Shown: in pieces, positions 35,801 through 47,059 of the stretch
Position numbering within the stretch: position 1 is the stretch's first letter
Layout of the letters: each line of letters opens with the position of its first letter
Assembly: GCF_030028105.1 (NCBI RefSeq)
Contig: NC_092383.1
Location: 87,501,921-87,565,920, forward strand
DNA: 64,000 bases
Direction of reading: 5' to 3'
Origin: Mobula birostris
Taxonomy: Eukaryota
Position numbers and translations under genes: made by a program
The notes under the pieces: generated by a model
Told to the model about the DNA's origin: nothing
Databases searched by the model: none
The model's input: the letters and a program-made list of their open reading frames with translations, nothing else

Positions 35801-38800
35801 TCCTCGTTGTCATCACTGCATTCCTGATCTGGAGTCCTTCTGTGTTCTGGGATAATGTCAGACATGACAGTTCGGGCAGCTGGGAGGATGCAGAGACATA
35901 GCGAGGCAGTTGAGCTGCTGAGATTCCAACCTGGTGAGGTATAGAAATGCTGAAAATTGGAGAGTGATTTTCAGATATTCACTTGACTGTTTGGTCCTTT
36001 CCCACAGAACCCGTGTCTGTTCCTGTGCTTCAAGTTCTGTCACCAGCAAATGAATCGTGTGTCGGGGGCTCAGTGTCAGTTGACTGTGAGTCTGTTCAAG
36101 GATCCCTTCCAATTCAGTACTCATGGTATGAAAAGACCTCATCTGTGGATTCAAAGATCTCTGACACCAGTAAAATGGATCTACATTGTCAATCCTTCAA
36201 ACACCAGCACCATCAATATTACTGCAGTGCCTCAAATACTCGTGGAGTGAAATCCAGCGAAATAGTCAATGTGGCAGTGTTCAACAGCACTTGGGACTGC
36301 AGTTATCAGCTGCAATTCAGTCACACTGGTGAGTGGTGGATTGAATAATGGACACTTTTGGGTGTTTCATGGAGTGACTACTTTCGAGATGTTGTGGTGT
36401 TGGAGCTGTGTTAACACAGGTCCTGACAGGATTTATACTTGTGGAGTATGAACCATCTTTTGTTTTAGAAAATGAGTCCATTACCAAAAGCAACCCCACC
36501 CCCCCATATCTACCACCCCAGCACCCACTTCTCTCTGGCCTGCTATTGTTAACATGGTGTTTATGTATCTCACCCTATTAAAATGAAACAGGAAGTACAT
36601 TACTCATTACAAAACAAGATTGACAATATTTGCTCCATTTGGATTCTACTTACTTAATTTTATTATTTATATATGTATATTTCTGAATGGATATTGAACC
36701 TACGAACACTAACTAACTATTGAATTTTATTTCTTTATTTCAACAGAAACTAAATATTCCTGTGTAAATAATTCTGGCCACTCCAAAATTACAGAAAATT
36801 CCAAAGACAATTACGACAAAGACAATCAATCCCCTTACCCTGAAAGGTATAATTTTCTCTGTGCTTCTGTATGTAATGTAATTGGGGGAAAGAATTCATT
36901 CTTTATTTCGCTGGTGATTACTGCCTGTGGGACTACTGACTTCAACCTAAGCCTCAACATTTGAGCTCAATATAACCAATGCCCCCATAAACAGTTAAAG
37001 TGAAACGACCAAAATCATACTTACTTCTTGAAAAGTTTGTAATAGTGTTGGCATGAAAAATGAAAATCGTGCAATAATTTGCAAAGTAGCTCATCAGAAT
37101 GAAAATGGTGCTGGGTTTTACAACACACTGCTGTGGTATGTTTGTTGTTGAGAAATAAAAGCAAGTTCCTCAATTTGCTGTCAGTCAGACGGTGTTCTTG
37201 CAGCCTTCACTATGACTTTGAAGCCATGGCATAGCCCTTGAAATCACTTATGAACAACACATTGCAGTGTTGTCCCAATTCTCAAAGCCAAACATTGTCA
37301 GAATCATCGGCATATGTCATGAAATTTATTGTTTTTGTTGCAGCAGTACAATGGAATACGTAATAATAGAGAAACAAAACTGTGAATTACAGTATATATA
37401 TTAAATAGTTAAATAAGTAGTGTAAAAGCAGAAATAAAAGAGGAGTGAGGTAGTGTTCATGGGTTCAGTGTCTATTCAGAAATTGGATGGCAGAGGGGAA
37501 GAAGTTTTTCCTAAACCATTAAGTGTGCGCCTTCAGGCTTCTGTACCTCCTCCCTGATGGTAGCAATGAGAACAAGGCAAGACCTAAGTGATGGAGGTCC
37601 TTAACGATGGACACCGCCTTCCTGAGACATGGCTGTTGAAGGTGTCGTGGATACTACAGAGGCTAGTGCTCATGACGAGCTGACCAGTTTACAGCTCTCT
37701 GCAGATTACAGTGATCCTGTGCGGTAGACCCCCCCCCACCCCCGTACTAGACCATGATGCAGGCAGGTAGAATGCTCTCCATGGTACACCTGTAGAAATT
37801 TTTTGAGTGTTTATGGAGACATACCGAACCTTCTCAAAGTCAGTGGAGTCCATTCAAGATGAGTCTGTTGTCATGTGCAGAAGCACAGTGAGTTAGACAG
37901 AGTTAACCCCATCACCCCCACTGGGGCATAGGCCATTGACAGTGTGTGCTAGAGTCCTCTGTCCTGGGCAAGTCTTTCAAGTTGTACCCAGGTATAGCCC
38001 ATCTTCTTGGTTTCAGTTTCAAGATTGCATCACCAGGCGTTCTTTGGCCATCTTCTCTTCTGCTTTCCCTAGGGATTTCATGTTAACACTTTCCTGGTGA
38101 TGTCGGTACTTGGCTTATGTAGAAGGTTGATTGACAATATGACTTCCATTGACTTGCAGCTCTCACCACACAACTTCACATCTCTTCGAATCGAAGATCC
38201 TTCCTCAGCCAGGGATGAGGACTTTAGAGCTTCTATTAGTGTTTCTGTAGCTCTGGGTTTTTACAGGATGAGTTTGCTAGCTTCATGCCCAACCCTCCTC
38301 CTTTTGCAGCTGGGCTTGGTACCAGCCATGGCAGAGTTACAGTGAGGTACAAATACAATGAAAAGCCTGCTTACAGATACTTAGGCACACATAAAAATGT
38401 CATCTCCTAAGAAGTACCCCTGGGTGGTGAGAACACAAGGGCACTGTAAGGTATCCTCAGTAGGTCATGGTAATCCGCCTTCTGGATCTGTTATCGATGT
38501 TCACCATAGGGAACAGAGTTTGACCAAGCACCACAAAGGTAATGTCCAAACCAGCATTAAACTTTGTAGAGGTGGACATGGTGATCACTTTGAAGTGAGA
38601 GCAGGTTTTAAGCAAATACAGTTTTTCCCTTTAAGTACTCAAGATGCAAGTGTTTGCAGTAAGGTTTGTAGATCTTGCCCTGGTGTCTCATCACCGCAGT
38701 TCCACTGTCCTATTTCTCACACACAATATCTCAAATTTTTTAAATTATTTTAATTTTTTTCTGGGAAATTTGAATTCATTTTGACTTCTTTAAACTTGCA

Positions 38801-41800
38801 AGCAACGCACACAGAAATTGGCAGTTTAGGCAGCATCTATGGAAGAGAGTACACAATTGATGTTTCGGGCTGAGACCCATTTCTACAACTAAGAAGGAAG
38901 GGGGAAAATGCCTGAATAAAAAGGTGTGAGGAGGAAATAGGGGTTGGAAGGTGATAGGTGAAGCCAGGTAGATGGGAAAGGTCAAAGACTACCCATGAAT
39001 TATAATATGGTGCATCCCACAATATAGTTACATTCATATTACAAAATGAACAGAAGTATTGACCTTAAATGCAATATGCAAACAGCATGTACATATTTAC
39101 ACATCCCCAATACTAATGAAATTGAATATTCCACCATGTACGGTGGGAAAGGCACCAAAAAGGCAACTGAGAGCATGAACATGGCTTAGGACCATTATGA
39201 GAATATACCAGGGAAGACAGAGAGGTGCGTTAACTCAGCTCAAAGACAGCGGAGTGACAAGGCAATGTTTGTGTGTATGTAAATGCACATCTGGAAGGAG
39301 TGCGCCTCGCTTACCGAGTGCTCTCTGTCACACACGCCATAGGGGACTTCTGTCACACGCACCATAGTGGGCTTCTCTGCTGAGATTAGAGCTGGCTTTT
39401 GCAATCATGATCAACGTGGCTTGTCCAAGTCCAGCTGCAAATGCTTGGGTAACACTCACAAAATCTGGGAGGAACACAGCAAGTCAGGTGGCATCTCTAG
39501 TTGTACCGTGGAGAGCATTCTGACAGGCTGCAACACCGTCTGGTATGGGGGGTGGGGGGCTACTGCACAGGACCGAAAGAAGCTGCAGAAGGTTGTAAAT
39601 CCAGTCAGCTCCATCTTGGGTACGAGCCTACAAAGTACCCAGGACATCTTCAGGGAGCGGTGTCTCAGAAAGGCAGCGTCCATTATTAAGGACCCCCAGC
39701 ACCCAGGGATGCCCTTTTCTCACTGTTACCATCAGGTAGGAGGTACAGAAGCCCGAAGGCACACACTCAGCGATTCAGGAACAGCCTCTTCCCCTCTGCC
39801 ATCCGATTCCAAAATGGACATTGAATCTTTGGACACTACCTCACTTTTTTTAAATATACACTATTTCTGTTTTTGCACAATTTAAAACATCTATTCAATA
39901 TACATGTACTGGAATTGATTTATTTGTTTATTTATTATTATTATTTTATTTGTTATTATAATTTTTTTCTCTGCTAGATTACGTATTGCATTGAACTGCT
40001 GCTGCTAAGTTAACAAATTTCACGCCACATGCCGGTGATAAAAAACCTGATTCTGATCTAAAGGGGGCAGTAAACTGTCAACATTTCAGGCCGAGACCCT
40101 TCAGCAGGGAGGTCACCATGCTCAGCAGTGCTTTTCAGATAAAAGAAACTTCCAATCAGATAAACAAAAGACACCTCACAAACTCTTTACAAAGGACTGG
40201 AGTTAAAGTTTTTATTCCATTTTCTTGAAAGTTCAAAGTAAGTTTATTGTCAAGGTGTGTCCATGTCACTACGTACAACCTTGAGATTCATTTTTTTTAT
40301 TGCACATTCACAGTGGGTACATAGAAACACAACAGAATCATTGAGAAACTATACACAAAGATGAACAAACAACCAATGTGCAAGAGAAGACAAAGTACAC
40401 AAAATGCAAAAAATAAATAATAATAAAACAAAAAATAAACAAATAAATAATACTGAGAACATCAGAATCACATTTAATATCATCGGCATACGTCGTGAAA
40501 TCTGTTAACTTCATTGGAGCACTACGTTGCAATGCATAATAATAGAGCAAAAAACTGAATTACAGATATATATATATAATAATTAAATAAATAGTTCAAA
40601 AACAAAACTGAAGAAGTAGTGAGGTAACGTTCATGGGTTCAATGACCATTCAGAAATTGGATGGCAAAGGGGAAGAAGCTGTTCACTGAGTATGTGTCTT
40701 CAGGCTCCTGTACTTCCTTCCTGATGGTAGCATTGAGAAGAGGACATGTCCAGGGTGATGGGGGCTCTGAAAGATGCATGCCTGATAGAGTCCTTGAAAG
40801 TGATTCTATAGATTGTGACTTATTGGATTATAATTCAAGATTTACAAAGGAGAAAAAATTGCAGATGATCTACACAACATTTACACTTTAACCAACATTA
40901 TTATTGCTGATCATTACCTGGTTTGTGGAGCCTTTCTGCAAACAGTTTGGCTGCTGCATTTCTGCACTCCAACAATGTCTACACTTCATTTGCTTGGACT
41001 GCACACATCCTGAGTTCATGGAGGGAGTCGTGTATGCGCCAGATTTTCATTCTTCAGCAATGGTCAAGGGTTAATGGCTGACTGTTTCTTGTCCTCTGCA
41101 CCACAGGTTACCTAAAGTAATTATGCTCAGCATCACTGGCATTGTTCTCATGATGATCTTCACCGGCCTACTTTTGTATCTAAAGTGTAAAAACAGGGGT
41201 GAGTTTCTACTTCTCTTTTCATCATTTTATGATAAACTGTATCTGATCCGACGCTAGCTCCCTAGGCCTGAGTCCACTTAGTAGTAGTAGTATCTGATAG
41301 CTGTCTTCAAAATTACTTGATAGAAAGGTACAAGATAAAAAGAGGCATGCATTGAGTGGATAGCCAGAGACGGTTTCTCTAGTGCAAAAATGGCTAATAC
41401 CATAGGGCATAATTTTAAGGTGATTGGAGGAACTCATAGTGGGATGTTAGAGGTAGATTTTTTATACAGAGAGTGGTGGGCGCATGGAACATACAGCCAG
41501 GGTTGGTGGTAGAGACAGATACATTAGGGATGTTTAAGTGACTTTAGATAGGCACGTGGATGATAGAAAAATGGAGGGGAAGGTTGGATTGATCACAACT
41601 TGTCGGCTGAAGAGCCTGTTCTGTGCTGTGATGTTCCATTTTCTTAGCTTCATGTTCTAAAATGTAATATGATTGCAATTGGATCTTGTCAAATACAACT
41701 CAGAGTTGAGGTGTTCTTCTCTGGGTAAATGAAGCATTAAAGAATAATGGAAGTGCTACTACAAATGGGCGAGAGCTCTTCAAAACATCACATGACACAA

Positions 41801-44800
41801 AATCACCTTGCGTGTGGAATGGCAGAACTACGTGACAACCAGGAAGCTGGGAATCTTGAATCGCTGCTCATATGATATCACTTTTATTCCAGAATCATTC
41901 TGATGAACAGATGGGTGTTAATGTGATTAATGGGCAAATGATTGACCAGATGTGGAATCAGTACGATGTTAAAGATTTGATTTGCAGAAATTTGTGATCA
42001 GGACAGTTTTCCTGGAACGAAATTCCCCTGCAATTTGGAGGTGCACTATTTAAGATACTGCATGCAACACGGGGATATTTCAGCATTTATCTAACATTCC
42101 CATTACAAAGATAACCTTGTATTTTCTAGACTTCAAGTACAACACGTCTCAGAGAAGAGGCAGCAATGAAACTCGGGTAAGATGTGAAGTATGAATTTTC
42201 TGAATGCTTGAAAATTTATAAAATCAGATGACAAAGACCATTCAGCCCCAAAGGTTCCCAGTGTTAATACTATATACAAATCTCCAAACATCATTCTTTT
42301 TTGAACTGTATCATTACATACCACCAGTTCTTTCTCCTTCTTGTGCTTATCCAACTTTTCCTTAATGCATCCATGATATTTTATTTGACAGATTTTCAGA
42401 GTGGCTCCGTTCTCTAATTTGTTGCCGTTAACAGATGCAAGGTGTGACTGGCCCTGGCTCTAATTTTAGAGATGACAATTTACTATCGCTGTAACCTTGT
42501 CTTCTTATTTTCAATTAATATTTCAGTTGATATTTAATATATTCCATCCATATCCCAAACATTTATGAAAGATCAGAGAAAGTAAATGGGACGTCACAAG
42601 AAACAGCACGGTAACAGATCCTCTCTGCCCAACAAGTTCATCGTTCACTGTTTCAAAATCTCAATTCAATAAAATACCCTCTGATTGTCCAAGGGAGAAC
42701 AGCACAAATTTGTGTTCTGTGGGTGAGAGCAGAAACAAGGCTATAAAAAATCATAAGTGCAAGAGATCCTGCAGATTCTGGAAATCCAGACTAACACACA
42801 TAAAATATTGGAGGAATGCAACAGGTCAGGAAGCATCTATGGAAGTGGAACACAGTTGACGTTTCAGGTCAAGACCTTTCCCCAAGAGTAGAAGAAAAGG
42901 AGAAGCTAGAATAATAAATCAGATTAGAAAGCCGAGATGAACTTCCATTCATGAACTGTGATTAATGTTCTGGAGCAGATGGGCAGTGATTTGGCCACCA
43001 CTGCTGGCCCACCAACTGGAGAGTGTCGTGGTTAAGGGTCGAAACACTCGGTGAAGGTTGGGAACCACCTGGCTGAAGGCTACAGTTATCTTATAAGGTA
43101 ACTGGAGAATGCACCCTAACAGGTGTATGTAACAAGTGATGGAAGTAGTTGAAGTAAATATTACGGAGTTTTTGAGGGAAAGCTAAATAAGCACATCAGG
43201 GAGAGAAAAATACATACTAATTCAGCTGAATAGCTGGAGTTCAAATTAAGTACAATTACTATAGAAGACCATAAGATGTTGGAGCAGAATTAGGCCATTT
43301 GGCCCATTGAGCCTGTTCCGTATATACTAACAAGTTCTTGCTAAGTTGAGTTCACTTTGAGAACTTTTTCTCAATGTTATGAACAACAAGTTTCCCCAGT
43401 TCAAGTAACCCACTCTGCCTGTATTCCCTACTCACTTGCACTGATCCACCCAGGTGTCTCTCCTATTGTTCACATTTTCCACCCAGCCACCAACACAAGG
43501 GATTTTGCAGATGCTAGGAATCCATAGTAACACAAACAAAATGCTGGAGGAACTTAACAGTTCAGGCAGCATCTGTGAAGAAGAATAAACAGTGGATGTA
43601 AAGAGCTAAGCCCCTTCAGCAGGACCACTCAAGCATCTCCCCTTCCACTATCTTTGCTACTGAGACTCTTCTTCCTGTCTATTCACCCATAGGTCTCTCC
43701 ACCTGGGTTCAACTTCCTTAACTCCTCACCCACCTGGCTCTATCTACTAAATACCGATCTCCTAGTCTGGTTCTAGATAACACTTACCAATATCTGTCTC
43801 GACCCTTCCCACTCCCCTTCCCCATCTGGATATTTCCCACCAAACATTTGAAGTCTCTGGGCCTGTACTCACTGGAGTTTTAGAAGAATGAAGTGGGAAT
43901 TTCATTGAAATCTATGGAATATTGAAAGGCCTAGGTAGAGTGGACATGTAGACGATGTTTCTAGCAGTGTGGGAGTCAAGGAACAGAGGGCACAGCCTCA
44001 GAAAACAAGGGCATCCCTTTAGAACAGAGTTGAAGAGGAATTTCTTCAGCCAGAGAATGGTGGACCTGTGGGATTCATTGCTACAGATGGCTATGGAGGC
44101 CAAGTTATTAGGTACATTTAAAGCAAAAGTTGATAGGTTCTTGATTATTTATTTATCGAGATACAGTGTAGAATAGGCTCTTCTGGCTTTTTATACCACG
44201 CCGCCCAGCAACCCCAGATTTAACCATAACCAAATCATGGGACAATTTACAGTGACTAATTAACCTACCTACCAGTACATTTTTAGATTGTGGGAGGAAA
44301 CTGGAACACCCAGAGGAAACCCACATAGTCACAGGGAGAACATACAAACACCTTATAGACAGTAGTGGGAAGGAATAAGGACGTCAAAGGTAATGGGTAG
44401 AAGGCAAGAGAATGCAGTTAAGGGGGATAATAATTCAGCCTTGACAGAATGGCAGAGCAGGCTTGATGGGCTGAATGGCCTAATTCTACTCCAATTCTGC
44501 TACAATCTTATTACTTTCTTCTCCTTACTGTGTGTTTCCTATTATCCAGCAGCCTCAGTTTCAGTAATCCCCACTCCTCTTTTCCACCTGACCCCATCTG
44601 TTCATCATTACCCCCTGAATTGTTTGCTCCATCACGTACCTGCCTCTGTCTCACTCATCCCTCTTACATCTTTGTACTAGCTATTTTCCCTCTACGTTCC
44701 CACTCCTGATACAGATTCTTAATCCAAATATTGAACATCCATTTACTCCCATCAGCACAGGTTTTTAATCCAAATCATTGAACATCCTTTTACCCCCGTT

Positions 44801-45261
44801 GATGTTGCTCAATCTGCTGAATTCTTCCAGCAACATTTTTGTTGTTCCAGATTCCAACGTCTGCAATCACTCTTGTCTCTGTTGGAGAGCAGCTCTGTGA
44901 TCAGTTTTTGCTCAGAACAGCGGATTACACTTCTCGCATTCATCAGGCGTAAAAGTTATATTGCTTTTCTTGTATTTAGGAACTGGCATCTTTGGAAGGG
45001 AGCACCATTTACACAAATCTGCATCAACGTCAGAGCAAAAGGGCAGCTGCCTTGCTGGCGAACGATGATGGCGGGATCATGTATTCAGCAGTGGAATTTC
45101 AAAGGAAGTCGACAGTAAGGCACCCGGTAACCAATGAGAAGAATGCTATCTACACTAATGTTGATTTTCAAAACAACTCCCCATTGGATGGTGGGAAAGC
45201 TCCCTCTACAGGCACTCTGCAGGACCCTAAGCAGACAATTTATGCCTCTGTTGCTCCTTAG
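20776..45261 (+). CDS. Gene B: complete CD300/pIgR-like V + FcR-like C2 receptor with ITIM/ITSM tail (MDIR-like), 399 aa; exons 20776-20812, 34020-34340, 36008-36328, 36747-36846, 41107-41198, 42130-42176, 44980-45261
   Basis: All introns GT-AG with compatible phases (1,1,1,2,1,0); 37+321+321+100+92+47+282=1200 nt with no internal stop. Confidence 0.9.
22073..23130 (-). mobile_element. Two CR1 3' fragments (about 22073-22480 and 22745-23130)
   Basis: Antisense MRGDLI...MRGIDR...RGNFFTQRV; ATAGAAC-type tails. Confidence 0.8.
23225..24030 (-). repeat. Non-autonomous interspersed repeat
   Basis: Minus strand starts acttctggcaagacagtggcg (LINE-5'-like); GC-rich body with no RT motifs. Confidence 0.4.
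24030..26935 (-). mobile_element. Cluster of decayed CR1 fragments
   Basis: Antisense [40 protein letters not shown] with frameshifts. Confidence 0.82.
26983..28052 (+). mobile_element. Solo LTR with internal tandem repeats
   Basis: TGTCAT...ATGACA inverted termini; flanks gcttt/gcctt (5-bp TSD, 1 mismatch); about 60-bp unit x3 at 27270-27460 and short CCTAG/CCAGG repeats. Confidence 0.75.
29397..32614 (-). mobile_element. CR1 LINE nested in Rex/Babar (ORF1 end, APE, RT, 3' tail)
   Basis: 293-aa RT ORF 29813-30694; APE motifs [16 protein letters not shown]; ORF1 esterase [11 protein letters not shown]. Confidence 0.92.
33551..33868 (-). mobile_element. tRNA-derived SINE with CORE-like middle and RTE-like 3' tail
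   Basis: Minus: tggccaagtggttaagg (A box), gggtttgagccc (B box), gtgtccttgagcaaggcacttaa (CORE-like), ggtctcgcaagactaacggatgcc 3' stem-loop. Confidence 0.65.
34020..34340 (+). CDS. Gene B exon 2, V-type Ig domain of CD300/pIgR/TREM type
   Basis: INCYY...KYWC-x6-C...RVSI...[17 protein letters not shown]; ttctcttcag| and g|gtaggt, phase 1-1. Confidence 0.93.
35085..35540 (+). mobile_element. Penelope-like pLTR remnant with decayed hammerhead
   Basis: cCTAATGAtgggcctcagcctGAAACatc at about 35442-35470, followed by the typical ctgctgacttcctccagc end. Confidence 0.6.
36008..36328 (+). CDS. Gene B exon 3, C2-type Ig domain resembling FcR/FCRL domains
   Basis: EPVSVPVL...[22 protein letters not shown]...YYCSASN; tttcccacag| and g|gtgagt, phase 1-1. 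Confidence 0.92.
36747..36846 (+). CDS. Gene B exon 4, stalk (E)[32 protein letters not shown]
   Basis: ttctttatttcaacag|aa ... gaaag|gtataa; open frame, phase 1 to 2. Confidence 0.8.
37290..40810. mobile_element. Intron 4 TE patchwork: Rex/Babar 3' ends (37290-37830 minus, 39470-40057 plus, 40330-40810 minus), RTE-like 37850-38350, PLE remnants 38790-38990 and 40060-40112
   Basis: [28 protein letters not shown] tails; PLE motif aggccgagacccttcagcagg. Confidence 0.65.
41107..41198 (+). CDS. Gene B exon 5, transmembrane (R)[30 protein letters not shown]
   Basis: ctctgcaccacag|g ... aggg|gtgagt; 92 nt; no charged residue in the hydrophobic span. Confidence 0.9.
42130..42176 (+). CDS. Gene B exon 6 (D)[15 protein letters not shown]
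   Basis: ccttgtattttctag|ac ... cgg|gtaaga; 47 nt, phase 1 to 0, homologous to 8576-8622. Confidence 0.85.
43845..44500 (+). mobile_element. CR1 3' fragment interrupted by an antisense V-SINE (about 44145-44370)
   Basis: [24 protein letters not shown]; gggaggaaactggaacacccagaggaaaccc. Confidence 0.75.
44980..45261 (+). CDS. Gene B exon 7, tail with TIYTNL, IMYSAV, AIYTNV, TIYASV
   Basis: ttttcttgtatttag|gaa; 93 codons then TAG; aligns without gaps to the gene A tail for 82 aa. Confidence 0.92.
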   Translation, partial: ELASLEGSTIYTNLHQRQSKRAAALLANDDGGIMYSAVEFQRKSTVRHPVTNEKNAIYTNVDFQNNSPLDGGKAPSTGTLQDPKQTIYASVAP

Positions 45262-45469
45262 GAAAACTCATTTCCTGGACGTGTGCTGTTTATTACTGTA
45301 CTTTTGCTCTATTGTTGTGATGCAGGACCATGATATATAGGAACTGAATGAGGCTATCTGGCCCATTGATTCTGCTCTGACATTCCATCTTGGCTGATTT
45401 ATTTTTCCACTTACTCCCATTCACCTGCCTTTTTTTTTTCTCATAACCATCAAGCTGTGTACATACATC

Positions 45470-46140
45470 TATTGATGCTTCTGGACACATCTTCAGTGAT
45501 GTTCCTGGAATCATCGGGTGTTTCGGGTCTTTCAACATCATACAACCTCCTCCAGGTGACCCAGCCGGGGCTGATCAGACCCCAGCTTGTGTCCAGATGG
45601 CTAGCTGCTTATGACTCCATGGCTCCCCTCTTTTGAGCCACAGCCATCTTGAGGCCCTCTCTGCCGCATCGGTGGTACTGCAGAAGGCTCTCCTCTTCCT
45701 CTCTCCCTCGATGCCCAAAATGCTGAAGGCTCTAACTAAAGAACGGGCTACGAATCCCCTACAACCAACCTCCACTGGGAGACACCTCGCTTCATGGCTT
45801 GTAGCTTCATATCAAACCCTCCCTTCGCCGTTGCCTCCAGAATTTGGTTAACATCTTCATCAAACTGCTTCCACAGTGAAGTCATGTTAGCTGCAGGCCA
45901 TTTGATCCGCCCCCTGTTAGACTTCGTGTTAGAGGGATTAGTTTGCAACACTTGGAGGTTCCGGGCACTATGGGGTGACTCCAGGCCTGGCCCCTCCTTC
46001 GTCTCACCAGCTGGGACACCTGCGCATTGTGCTGCTCCTGCTCCTGCCAAACATTTCATCCTCGCTTCGTGGATCTTCAAGCCACGATCGTTCTTGCAGA
46101 TTTTACCACATGCACACTGCTTCCTCATCGTCGTTTGTTC
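45470..46140 (-). mobile_element. Internally deleted HERO-like non-LTR retrotransposon (zinc finger fused to RLE end, RT missing)
   Basis: CACGKICKNDRGLKIHEARMKC and RIKWP N-terminal motifs; ARCLPVEVGCRGF...AERASRWLWLKR C-terminal RLE motif and stop. Confidence 0.75.
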
Positions 46141-47059
46141 ACTAGTAAATTCCACTTTAAATAAACCCAATGACATGGCTTCCACAGCCTTCTGTGCCAA
46201 TGAATTCCACAGATTTAACACCCTCTGTTCGAAAGGGACATCATTCTATTCTGAGGCTGTGTGTTCCAGTCTCAGCCTGCCCTACTATTGGAAACATCCT
46301 CTCCCCAGTTATTCCATCTAGGCTTTTCACTATTCAATAGGTCACAATGAGATACCCCCTCATTCTTCTAAACTCCAGCAATTACAGTCCCAGAGCTATC
46401 ATACGCTTCTCATATATTAATGCTTTCATTTCCAGTATCATTCTCATAAACCTCTCTGGAACCTCTGTAGTGTCAGCACATCCTTTCTTAGATAAGAGGC
46501 CCTAAACTGCTCGCACTACTGTCTCAACCTTCAAGTTAATCTTCAGGTTAATTATGTTCCTCTGGCAGAATCCATGCACATAGCTGCTTTGTCAAACTTT
46601 TGAACTAATTCCATCCAATTCCATTCACTTCCTTTCTTCCCAGTATTGGGAAATGTAATCAATTGCCATTAAATTTCTGACTCTAGGTCCTCTATGCAAA
46701 TGGCAGTAGTTTTGATTACTGTATTGAATGCTGCAGTCGTCAGCCTTGCACCTTATCCCAACATACGTAACTCCTCTCCTGGGACAAACTGACCTCAGCG
46801 CAACTTTCTTATCTCCACACCCATAACCTGCCGGTTCAAACCCCACCACAGCATCTGAGCATGTAATCCATATGGATAGTTCAACGTCAGAGATTGTGCC
46901 CCTCTCAAATCATCCAGGACAGAAAGTAAGGCTCCACATGCACCTCTGGTGATACAGAAAGAGGAGAAAGAAACTGGTCAGCTACCAAATTTGTAGAGGA
47001 TAAGACTGATAATAACTACTGTTCCTGACTGTGATGCTACATCTCACAAATAAATTAAA

